Shown here one piece after another: positions 50,716 to 58,790 of a stretch of 64,000 nucleotides of DNA (the first letter of the stretch is position 1; each line of letters opens with the position of its first letter). This DNA comes from Bacteroidetes bacterium ADurb.Bin145 (GTDB taxonomy: Bacteria; Bacteroidota; Bacteroidia; Bacteroidales; VadinHA17). Where the stretch lies: NCBI GenBank assembly GCA_002070505.1, contig MWDJ01000005.1, positions 73,627-137,626 of the forward strand. Reading direction: 5' to 3'. A program made the translations under genes and the position numbers. The notes under the pieces were generated by a model. It had not been told where the DNA came from, made no database searches, and saw nothing but the letters and a program-made list of their open reading frames with translations.

Positions 50716-50743
50716 TACACTATTTGAATTACACTATTTGAAT
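50716..50743. repeat. perfect tandem duplication of a 14-mer (tacactatttgaat x2) in the proS / Tyr-rich-gene divergent region
   Basis: Positions 50716-50729 and 50730-50743 are identical. Each copy contains a -7-like TATTTG. Confidence 0.85.
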
Positions 50744-50804
50744 TGAAAATTGATGGCGTAAAAATAGACAAAAAGTTATCATTTAAAAAAGCCGGAGGTT
50801 CATC

Positions 50805-51992
50805 ATGAAAGCAAAACTCTACATCTCAGCATTATCAGCAGTAATACTTTCAATAATTCCTGCGAAAGTCAGCTCATCTGATAAAAACTACCTAAGTAAT
50901 GGTGGAACCGACATTGTAATAAATAATTACTACGATAATTATGATTATTACTATACATCCCGGATCTACAGATTCCACAGATCATATACCGCTTTCGACT
51001 ACTACTCACCAGTATATACTGATGTTTACTGGTACACTTACAGACCTTTTACATGGGGGGTAAGTATATACGGAGGAGGCAGGCTTGGATTCGGGTTCGC
51101 GATCAATTATCCGGTATATTACTCTGGTTGGGGATATTCATGGTACGATTACGACTGGTACTATCCTTATTACGGGAATTCATGGTACTGGGGATATAAC
51201 CCATATTATTACAGCTGGTATTCTCCGGCAATAATCAATATAAATATAGGATACCCCTGGAGGTATAACCACTGGTGGAGGAATAATTACTGGGCGTGGA
51301 ACAGACACAATAACTGGTGGAGGAATGACTACAGGCCTTTCCACAATGACCGCTACAGATACTATGCTTCGGGATATTCATCCAGAGATTACTCTGGCAG
51401 AGACAGTAGATACGATTACAATCGCGATAACAGGGCAGGAAATTCCGTAAGATCCTCTGTCCCTGCCCAGCGGAATGAGGCTGCCAGGAAAAATGAAAGG
51501 GTAAACCCGGGTGCAGGAATGCAAAGGAATGGGGAAGTCAGGAATCAGACAGCCTCCAGAGAGAGAACAGCAATACAGAGTCAGACCGGCAGCAGCAGAG
51601 AAACAAGGTCAGAAACTACAGCCAGGAGACCGGTCACCAGCTCTTCGGTATCAAGGAGCCCCGCAGCATCACAGAACAGAAGCTCTTCGGTATCAAGGAG
51701 CCCGGCAGCATCACAGAGCAGAAGCTCATCGGCATCAAGGAGCCCGGCAGCATCACAGAGCAGAAGCTCATCGGCATCAAGGAGCCCGGTAGCATCACAG
51801 AACAGAACCTCATCGGCATCAAGGAGCCCTGTGGTTTCACAGAACCGTAGTTCGTCTGCTTCAAGAGGTCCGGCTATATCACAAAGCAGGAATTCTACTC
51901 CAGGTTCTGGTTCAAAGTCAGGGGGATCATCCTCCGGAACATCCTCTTCAAGATCCCGGGGTTCTTCATCCAGAGGCGGGAGCAGAAGATAG
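50805..51992 (+). CDS. secreted low-complexity protein: Tyr/Trp/Asn/Gly-rich core plus Ser/Arg-rich repeat tail
   Basis: Signal peptide (ISALSAVILSIIPAKVSS). Core examples: NNYYDNYDYYYTSRIYRFHRSY and WYDYDWYYPYYGNSWYWGYNPYYYSWYSP. The tail has six 14-aa repeats SSS[VA]SRSP[AV][AV]SQ[NS]R and ends in SRGGSRR. A GGAGG lies 7-11 nt upstream of the ATG. Confidence 0.6.
   Translation: MKAKLYISALSAVILSIIPAKVSSSDKNYLSNGGTDIVINNYYDNYDYYYTSRIYRFHRSYTAFDYYSPVYTDVYWYTYRPFTWGVSIYGGGRLGFGFAINYPVYYSGWGYSWYDYDWYYPYYGNSWYWGYNPYYYSWYSPAIININIGYPWRYNHWWRNNYWAWNRHNNWWRNDYRPFHNDRYRYYASGYSSRDYSGRDSRYDYNRDNRAGNSVRSSVPAQRNEAARKNERVNPGAGMQRNGEVRNQTASRERTAIQSQTGSSRETRSETTARRPVTSSSVSRSPAASQNRSSSVSRSPAASQSRSSSASRSPAASQSRSSSASRSPVASQNRTSSASRSPVVSQNRSSSASRGPAISQSRNSTPGSGSKSGGSSSGTSSSRSRGSSSRGGSRR
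51639..51890 (+). repeat. six in-frame 42-nt tandem repeats inside the preceding CDS
   Basis: The units start at 51639, 51681, 51723, 51765, 51807 and 51849. Adjacent central units are nearly identical at the DNA level. The last unit is degenerate. Confidence 0.85.
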
Positions 51993-52023
51993 TAAGAATA
52001 TTGGATATACTTTAAGGGACATG

Positions 52024-52054
52024 TAACAGCATGTCCTTTTTTTTATTACTTTTG
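52024..52054 (+). terminator. rho-independent terminator after the first Tyr-rich gene
   Basis: AAGGGACATG-taacag-CATGTCCTTT running into an 8-T tract (tttttttt), 32 nt after the stop. Confidence 0.75.
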
Positions 52055-52172
52055 ATAATTCATGAAAGCCCCATTATAAGAACTTAATTCAGTTATCTGT
52101 TAATTTAAACAAATTGATGTTTTTTGGTACAATATTTGTTCTTCAATATAGAAATAAATCAGGAAATCGAAC

Positions 52173-53522
52173 ATGAAAGCAATCAATTACATATCAGTCC
52201 TTGCCCTTCTGGCAACAATGTCTTGTACATCAGGACTTTACAAAGGGGTTGAATATGACGATCTCTACTTCCAGTCATCGGACAGGCAGGCGGTAGCAGC
52301 CCGTACACCGGCATCCCGGAGGATTGTGGAGAGCGATCTGAAATCGGCAGACTATTATGATAATATATATGCAGCTGATACGCTCATGTCGGAAGAATAT
52401 TATGATGCTGTCGATTACGATGATGCTGTTCAAAGCAAAGGTGGTGGAACAACGATATATAATAACTATTACGACAATTACTCATATGCTTCAAGGCTTA
52501 ACAGATTTTACGGAAATTACTTCTATCCTTACTGGAGAGATCCTTTCTACTCCAGCTGGTACTATCCGTCATTAAGCTTTAATTTTGGATATCCATACTT
52601 TTACAACTCGTATTACTACAATCCATTCTATTACGATCCTTTCTTCTATGATTACGGGTACTACGGCTATTATGGAAACTATTTCAGCCCTTACGGATAC
52701 TATCCATATTATTCGTACTATTCTCCCTACAGTTATTATGGAGGCTGGGGTTACTACCCGGGCGGATATTATAATGATAATTCAGTAGCATATGGTAGAC
52801 GTGAAAGACAAAGTAACTTATCTACAAGTTATAATAGAAATATGATGCCGACTTCAGCATCATCATCTCCAAGGAGAGAGGAAACCCTTTCAAAAGGTAC
52901 AACGTCAGGTGAGTCCGTGAGATCAACTGATATAAGAAGAAGTGATCTGCCATCTTCATCAACCAGGCAGAACACCAGAAGTTCATCCGTTGGTAATTCC
53001 GATCAGAATGATGTCAGAAATCAGCCCGCAACAACCGAAAGGAGAACATCCACAAGGAGCAGTACCTCTGTCAGCAAACCAGAATATAACAGCGTGAACA
53101 GGACATATACTCCGAGTTACAGCAACCCGAGGATGAGCACAAGGCCTTCCTATAATAACAGCCGTGTCAATTCCAATACGAGATCGAATTCAGGAGGGCA
53201 GATTAATGATAATACACCGGCCCGGACCAATTCCGGAAGAGGATCATCATCAATTTCAGCTGAACAAAGCAGATCGACATCAACTTACAGGAATTCAAAT
53301 AGTTATTCGGTTCCTTCAAGAGAAAGTGTACAACGCTCTTCCGGTTTCTCTTCAGGATCGGGCAGCGAAGGAAGATCATCATCTTCATTCAGCAGGAGTT
53401 CTTCGTCGGGCGGCGGCGGATATTCCTCAATGCCATCTTCCGGTAGCTCTTCAGGATCATCTGGTTCCTCCAGTTCATCAAGATCATCAGGCGGAGGATC
53501 ATCATCCGGTGGAAGGAGATAA
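52173..53522 (+). CDS. lipoprotein paralog of the Tyr-rich protein: Tyr/Phe/Gly/Pro-rich core plus Ser/Arg/Thr/Asn-rich tail
   Basis: Lipoprotein signal (VLALLATMSC). It shares the block IYNNYYDNYSYASRLNRFYGNY with the upstream protein (IVINNYYDNYDYYYTSRIYRFHRSY). The core includes PYFYNSYYYNPFYYDPFFYDYGYYGYYGNYFSPYGYYPYYSYY. The long S-rich tail ends in SSGGRR. Confidence 0.6.
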   Translation: MKAINYISVLALLATMSCTSGLYKGVEYDDLYFQSSDRQAVAARTPASRRIVESDLKSADYYDNIYAADTLMSEEYYDAVDYDDAVQSKGGGTTIYNNYYDNYSYASRLNRFYGNYFYPYWRDPFYSSWYYPSLSFNFGYPYFYNSYYYNPFYYDPFFYDYGYYGYYGNYFSPYGYYPYYSYYSPYSYYGGWGYYPGGYYNDNSVAYGRRERQSNLSTSYNRNMMPTSASSSPRREETLSKGTTSGESVRSTDIRRSDLPSSSTRQNTRSSSVGNSDQNDVRNQPATTERRTSTRSSTSVSKPEYNSVNRTYTPSYSNPRMSTRPSYNNSRVNSNTRSNSGGQINDNTPARTNSGRGSSSISAEQSRSTSTYRNSNSYSVPSRESVQRSSGFSSGSGSEGRSSSSFSRSSSSGGGGYSSMPSSGSSSGSSGSSSSSRSSGGGSSSGGRR

Positions 53523-53605
53523 GGAATTAATTTTCAATAAATCTAAATTAGCGGTTCATTCTTTTGATGGAGTGGTGGAATGCTTTTAACGAAAAGTTCA
53601 CAATT

Positions 53606-55105
53606 ATGAAAAAACTATGCTTAATAATATTGCTGGTATTGTCACTCACAATCTGGGCAGATGCCCAGACTGTTGACGATGCCTTGAGATACTCTCAGAT
53701 ATTCTATTCAGGGACATCCAGGTTCTCTTCAATGGGAGGCGCATTTACTGCTCTTGGAGGCGACTTGTCAACCCTTAGCCAGAATCCGGCAGGAATCGGA
53801 CTCTTCAGGTCTTCTGAAGTTTCAATTACACCCCAGCTCTTCCACATAAACACACTGGCAAATTTTAAGACAAAGAGCCGTGAGGATTATCTTTACGACT
53901 TTAATCTACCTCAGCTGGGATTTGTGGTTAACCTTATTAATAAAAATTCGGGAACAGGTCTGATGTCCCTGAATCTTGGATATTCATTCAATAAGACAAA
54001 TAATTATAATCAGACTATAGTAATAGAAGGGACCGGTGATCAGAGTTCACTAGCTGATTACTGGGCAGAATACAATAACGGATACATCCTTGATGATATG
54101 TCAAGTGATGCGTATATCGGATGGCGGGCTTTTGTGATTGACTCAGTTGCCGGTTATAACAACCAATGGGGTACTGTTTATTCAGGATACGGCAGCGAAG
54201 CTTCATTATATGGTCAGAACATCTCCCGTTACATCACTTATTCAGGCTTCAGCGGTGAGCATGCAATCTCTGTTGGGGGAAACTGGTCAGATAAGATCTA
54301 CTTCGGAGCAACATTGGGTATTAACCGGATCAGCTATAAAAGTCATTATGAGCATCTTGAAGCAACGAACAAAGTATTGCCAGACAGATACTCCGATGTC
54401 GCTGGTTTCACTGATTTCAGATATACTTTTGACTACAGCAACACCGGAACGGGATTCACTTTTAAAACAGGCATAATCTACAAACCTATCGAAACACTCA
54501 GACTCGGATTTGCATTTCATTCGCCAACAATCTACAGGATACATGAAGAGGCATACGATCATATAACATCTCATTTCGATGTCGGTGGAATAAAAGAATT
54601 CTCAAATAATTTTGAAGGCTTTGATTATGCTTTGACGACTCCTTTCAGGATAATTGTCGGAGGAGCTCTTCAAATCAAGAAGTTCGCTCTCCTGAGTGCT
54701 GAATATGAATTTGCTGATTATAAAACAGCAAGGTTCGCTAATGTGCGGGACGATGATTATGATTACAGCATCAAAAACCAGCAGATTAAAAGCAGCCTTC
54801 ATTCAGCGAACAATTTAAGGCTTGGCGCCGAATTCAGGCTGAATAAAATCTATCTCAGGGGCGGTTACAGTTATTATGGAAGAGCCTGGCAGGCAGGAGA
54901 ACTAAATGATTTTCTTGATTATAATGCAGTTTCCTGCGGTATAGGCTTCAGGGAAAAAAATATCGGCATCGATATCGGATATACTCATATGACAAATCCG
55001 ATGAATTATATTCTGTATGATACGTACAGCGAAACAGCTGCATCAGATATGACAATAAACAGGAATATTTTTAGTGTCACTTTCGGATATAAATTTGGTT
55101 ACTGA
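53606..55105 (+). CDS. outer-membrane beta-barrel protein, FadL/TodX/PorV-like
   Basis: Start set at the ATG at 53606 (MKKLCLIILLVLSLTIWADAQ). Hatch-type motif GTSRFSSMGGAFTALGGDLSTLSQNPAGIG. Alternating strands follow. The C-terminus FSVTFGYKFGY is typical of OM barrels. No terminator lies between it and the preceding gene. Confidence 0.6.
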   Translation: MKKLCLIILLVLSLTIWADAQTVDDALRYSQIFYSGTSRFSSMGGAFTALGGDLSTLSQNPAGIGLFRSSEVSITPQLFHINTLANFKTKSREDYLYDFNLPQLGFVVNLINKNSGTGLMSLNLGYSFNKTNNYNQTIVIEGTGDQSSLADYWAEYNNGYILDDMSSDAYIGWRAFVIDSVAGYNNQWGTVYSGYGSEASLYGQNISRYITYSGFSGEHAISVGGNWSDKIYFGATLGINRISYKSHYEHLEATNKVLPDRYSDVAGFTDFRYTFDYSNTGTGFTFKTGIIYKPIETLRLGFAFHSPTIYRIHEEAYDHITSHFDVGGIKEFSNNFEGFDYALTTPFRIIVGGALQIKKFALLSAEYEFADYKTARFANVRDDDYDYSIKNQQIKSSLHSANNLRLGAEFRLNKIYLRGGYSYYGRAWQAGELNDFLDYNAVSCGIGFREKNIGIDIGYTHMTNPMNYILYDTYSETAASDMTINRNIFSVTFGYKFGY

Positions 55106-55167
55106 TACTTTGTTTGACTTCCTACTCAGGGCTGGTTCATCCGAACCAGCCTTTTTTATATAAGATC

Positions 55168-55773
55168 TTATAAGAAAACTCTTGTCTCCGGTCCTGTATT
55201 GAACAGGATATCAATAATGCTGAGCTTCCGGGAACCTGGAATGTCCGCGTTGAACACCTGTTGATATTTTTTTGGGATGTAAGGAGAGGCTTTTTTAGGA
55301 TTGATACAATACCGGAGATCATTTGATTTACCTTCAACAGGCTGAAATCTATTAGTAAAAGTAACTCTTTTGTCCATCCTTATCATTCCGAGTATTGCCA
55401 TTAGCAGCTCCTGATTGAGGTCAAGGATATAAATGTGGTTTTTAAGGATGATTTTTTGAAGTGTTTCAAAATAGTAAAGAAAAAATGGTGATGAGCCGTA
55501 TGATGACATTATAGCTCCGAGATGGACCTGCTGCCATCTTTTTGAATAATCTATCCTGATATCCCTGATGGGAGTTTTATGGAGACTCCCGAGTAATACA
55601 GGCACACTAAGCATTTGAATACCGTTGGAAGACAGTATATAGCACCTGTTGCGGTAAGATTGTTTGAGGTAGTTCTCTTCGTTTTCAATAAGAACTTCAT
55701 CATATTCTGCTATTGCCGCGAAGTATTCGGAGGGAGGAAGATATGCAGTAGAAAGGTAAACTGTCGCAGGCAT
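55168..55773 (-). CDS. WbqC-family protein
   Basis: Motifs YLPPSEYFAAI and KQSYRNRCYILSSNGIQMLSVPV match my recollection of the WbqC-like family. It lies 12 nt downstream of larB. Confidence 0.65.
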   Translation of the reverse strand: MPATVYLSTAYLPPSEYFAAIAEYDEVLIENEENYLKQSYRNRCYILSSNGIQMLSVPVLLGSLHKTPIRDIRIDYSKRWQQVHLGAIMSSYGSSPFFLYYFETLQKIILKNHIYILDLNQELLMAILGMIRMDKRVTFTNRFQPVEGKSNDLRYCINPKKASPYIPKKYQQVFNADIPGSRKLSIIDILFNTGPETRVFL

Positions 55774-55785
55774 AAATTATTAGGA

Positions 55786-56535
55786 TTATTTCATCCTGTT
55801 GATCATGCTTGCTGAGAAACCTGCGCCGAAGCCATTATCGATATTAACAACAGTGACTCCTGCAGAGCAGCTTGTCAGCATAGCCAGCAGAGCCGAGATA
55901 CCTCCGAAATTGGCGCCATAGCCAACGCTCGTCGGCACAGCAATGACAGGCTTATCAACCAGACCGCTTACAACACTGGCAAGGGCTCCTTCCATACCTG
56001 CAATCACTACCACTACCTTGCTTTTTCTTATCTCCGGGAGCTTATCAACAAGCCTGTGAATCCCGGCTACACCTGCATCATAGATCCTTGTAACTTTATT
56101 CCCGAGGAGCTCTGCAGTTACTGCAGCTTCTTCCGCAACCGGAATATCTGAAGTTCCTGCTGTTATGACCGCAATTGTGCTTCCAGGGATAGTTGTTTTC
56201 TTCTTTTTTATAGAGATGATCCTTGCTTCTTTGTAGTAAACTGCTTCAGGGAATATTGATTTTATCTCATTAAACATATTCTCACTGGCCCTTGTGCCAA
56301 TTATATTATTTTCTTTCTTTATCATTACCCTGAATATTTCACGAACCTGTTCGGTCGTCTTGCCTGCGCAGTAAACTATTTCAGGATAACCGGTTCTCAT
56401 TTCACGGTGATGATCAATCCTGGCAAAGCCAAGGTCGGTATACGGAAAAGTTCTGAGCACTTCAAGTGCTTCAGCAACACTTTTACTGCCGTCCCTGACT
56501 TCTTTCAACAGTTTTTCAGTTTCTTTTTCTGTCAT
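55786..56535 (-). CDS. larB: nickel-pincer cofactor biosynthesis protein LarB (pyridinium-3,5-biscarboxylic acid mononucleotide synthase; PurE/AIR-carboxylase-like)
   Basis: 249 aa. Motifs ARIDHHREMRTGYPEIVYCAGKT, VITAGTSDIPVAEEA, AGMEGALASVV and VPTSVGYG. Confidence 0.8.
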   Translation of the reverse strand: MTEKETEKLLKEVRDGSKSVAEALEVLRTFPYTDLGFARIDHHREMRTGYPEIVYCAGKTTEQVREIFRVMIKKENNIIGTRASENMFNEIKSIFPEAVYYKEARIISIKKKKTTIPGSTIAVITAGTSDIPVAEEAAVTAELLGNKVTRIYDAGVAGIHRLVDKLPEIRKSKVVVVIAGMEGALASVVSGLVDKPVIAVPTSVGYGANFGGISALLAMLTSCSAGVTVVNIDNGFGAGFSASMINRMK

Positions 56536-56536
56536 T

Positions 56537-57334
56537 TTATTTCAATTCAGTATTCATACTACCTGTTCTGTAACCCTCAAGGTCCAAAGATATATATCTG
56601 AACCCGATTTTTTTTAAGCCCTCAATGATACTGTTTTTCTGCGGATCACATATGATCTTTTCAGAATAACCTGGGAGTAGCTCAATTCTGGCAATATCTG
56701 AATGTGCCCTGACCCGGGCTCCCGGATATCCCTTTTCCAAAAGCAAATCTTCTGCTTCTTCAACCATTTTTATTATGCCAGGGGTAATTTCCGTATCATA
56801 AGGGATTCTTGTCAGCAGACAGGCCATAGCCGGTTTATCCCATATTTTCAGACCTGCATTCAGGCAGAGCTCCCTTATTTCTTTCTTTGTCAATCCGGCT
56901 TCTGCAAGCGGGCTCCTTACTTCCATTTCTTTTAAAGCCCTCAGACCCGGCCTGTATTCGCGGGTATCATCAGAATTAGTACCGTCAATTATGTGTTTAA
57001 ATCCATTTTCTCTTGCAAATTCTACAAGATGACTGAATAGCAGTTTTTTGCAAAGATAACATCTGTTCTGCGGGTTGTGTCTTATCGCTTCCGGGAAGCT
57101 GATATCTATGATCTTGTGGTTGATACCATGAGCAGCTGCGAATTCAATCGCTTCGTTGATCTCACGTGCCGGCATATAGGGAGTCCGGATTGTTACAGCT
57201 ATGAACCTGATATTATTCAGCCTGCTTGTATGATAGACAAGGTAAGAGCTGTCAAGGCCACCGGAGAACGCAACCACAAAAGGACTCAAACCTGTCAGTA
57301 GGGTGTCAAGCCTGTCAGTCTTTTTCTGATCCAT
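56537..57334 (-). CDS. larE: LarE sulfur transferase (PP-loop ATP pyrophosphatase) of nickel-pincer cofactor synthesis
   Basis: PP-loop motif VVAFSGGLDSSY. Cys triad CYLC plus ACLLTRIPY. 265 aa. The stop lies 1 nt before the larB start. Confidence 0.8.
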   Translation of the reverse strand: MDQKKTDRLDTLLTGLSPFVVAFSGGLDSSYLVYHTSRLNNIRFIAVTIRTPYMPAREINEAIEFAAAHGINHKIIDISFPEAIRHNPQNRCYLCKKLLFSHLVEFARENGFKHIIDGTNSDDTREYRPGLRALKEMEVRSPLAEAGLTKKEIRELCLNAGLKIWDKPAMACLLTRIPYDTEITPGIIKMVEEAEDLLLEKGYPGARVRAHSDIARIELLPGYSEKIICDPQKNSIIEGLKKIGFRYISLDLEGYRTGSMNTELK

Positions 57335-57380
57335 AATACCTTAATTATTCATAGAAATTTTATCTGGTCAGAAAATAGTT

Positions 57381-58550
57381 CTACTTTCCGTTTATTGAAG
57401 CCATGATCCTGAAATAGACCTCCTTCACAGGAAGGCCCTTCTCAAGTGCTATCTTTCTGCATTCCTCATATTCAGGTTTGCACGATACTTCCTTGTCTTT
57501 ATAAAAAGAACGTTTAACAGTAATATTTCCGTATGGCGACTGAACAACTTCGAATTTCCTTACAAGAGTATCCTTCCTGAAGGAATAGGTTCTGACTCCC
57601 ACGGTTGTGGATTCATTGAAGATGATCTCCTTTATTTTATCTTCGTGACCGCGTTCACAAATGACATTCAGAACATTTCCCGGTCTGCCTTTCTTCATTA
57701 ATATATTTGTAATAAAAACATCAGAAGCTCCTGCTTTAAATAATTCATCTGAGATATGTTCGAAAAATTCCGGATTCATATCGTCGATATTGCACTGGAT
57801 CATCAGGGCATCGTGTCCTCCCTGCGGTTCTTCTGATTCAGCCAGAAAAACCCTCAGAAGGTTAGGAACGTCAGGATGTTCCTTCTGACCGACTCCGTAT
57901 GCAGTCTTTTCAATCCTGATAGCGGACGGCATTTTTGGCATTGTCACCAGGGTTGCAAGTATGGCTGCACCTGTAGGAGTGGTAGCTTCAAAATCAACAC
58001 CACCTTTTCTGACCGGTAAGCCCTTGATTATTTCAACAGTGGCAGGAGCAGGAACAGGCAGCTTTCCGTGTGCGCACTTGACAAATCCACTTCCAAGTTC
58101 AACTGTCGAAACCGTGACAGCTTCAACATTCAGTTTATTAAAGCATATAGCGGCACCAACGATATCAATTATTGAATCCACGGCTCCCACTTCATGAAAA
58201 TGGATCTCATCGGGGCTGACACCGTGGACCTCTGCTTCTGCTTCAGCAACAACTCTGAATATTTTCCGGCTCAGTGCTTTGGTCTTGAGGTCGAGCGCAG
58301 ATTCATTTATTATTTTCTCAATATCAGACAGATGCCTGTGAATATGTTCATGGCGGGTCTGTTTTACAGTGACTTTAGTGCCGGTTATCCCGTGCCGCTG
58401 GGCTTTCTCAACAACAAGTTCCCATCCTTTGAGATTCAGCTTATTCAATTCATCAACAAGATAGGTCTGGTCAATACCCAGATCAATCATTGCTCCGAGA
58501 TTCATATCCCCGCTGATCCCGCTAAAACAGTCGTAAAAAAGTAATTTCAT
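57381..58550 (-). CDS. larC: LarC nickel insertion protein (DUF111, CTP-dependent cyclometallase)
   Basis: The N-terminus LLFYDCFSGISGDMNLGAMIDLG is the DUF111/LarC signature. 389 aa. First gene of the larC-larE-larB cluster. Confidence 0.8.
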   Translation of the reverse strand: MKLLFYDCFSGISGDMNLGAMIDLGIDQTYLVDELNKLNLKGWELVVEKAQRHGITGTKVTVKQTRHEHIHRHLSDIEKIINESALDLKTKALSRKIFRVVAEAEAEVHGVSPDEIHFHEVGAVDSIIDIVGAAICFNKLNVEAVTVSTVELGSGFVKCAHGKLPVPAPATVEIIKGLPVRKGGVDFEATTPTGAAILATLVTMPKMPSAIRIEKTAYGVGQKEHPDVPNLLRVFLAESEEPQGGHDALMIQCNIDDMNPEFFEHISDELFKAGASDVFITNILMKKGRPGNVLNVICERGHEDKIKEIIFNESTTVGVRTYSFRKDTLVRKFEVVQSPYGNITVKRSFYKDKEVSCKPEYEECRKIALEKGLPVKEVYFRIMASINGK

Positions 58551-58790
58551 TAGTCAAAATAGTTTTACTGTTAGACAAACAGAAATGGTTATTGTTGTGA
58601 AACATCCCAAAATTCTCAGGATGCTAATATACAATTTCCATATGATCTGTCAGATTCTTCGCTGGTACAAAAATTAATTCAGGTCAGGCCGTTAAGAGTA
58701 TTTAAGATTTATAATTACGGAATAAAGAAAAAAAATTGTACTTTTCGGCATTCTCGATAATTATCCTGTAATAAACTAATAGAGTTCACT

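Noticed and set aside
51511-51864. ORFs 51511..51792 (+) and 51634..51864 (-), with repetitive HRxEA / SLMPMSFCSVMLPG sequences.
   Set aside because: They are alternative-frame and antisense readings of the 42-nt tandem repeat inside the 50805..51992 gene. They are open only because the repeat lacks stops.
51639-51890. Regular 42-nt repeats, considered as a possible CRISPR array.
   Set aside because: The repeats are directly abutting with no unique spacers. They are in frame within a CDS, and no cas genes are present.
52117-52176. Short upstream ORFs starting at the ATG inside the shared motif: 19 codons here, ending in ATGA overlap with the gene start, and 11 codons at 50706..50741.
   Set aside because: The peptides are not similar beyond the first two residues. 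Short ORFs arise easily in AT-rich leaders. The conserved element is more simply a DNA motif.
52357-53589. ORFs 52357..52575, 52585..52788, 53164..53589 (+) and 53203..53388 (-).
   Set aside because: They are off-frame readings of the compositionally biased 52173..53522 gene. They have no signal or start context of their own.
58551-58790. larC / DUF362 divergent intergenic region, examined for a NiCo-type riboswitch or a palindromic operator.
   Set aside because: Only a weak 5-bp hairpin (catcc...ggatg) is visible. I cannot recall the riboswitch consensus well enough to call it. A covariance-model scan (Rfam) is needed.
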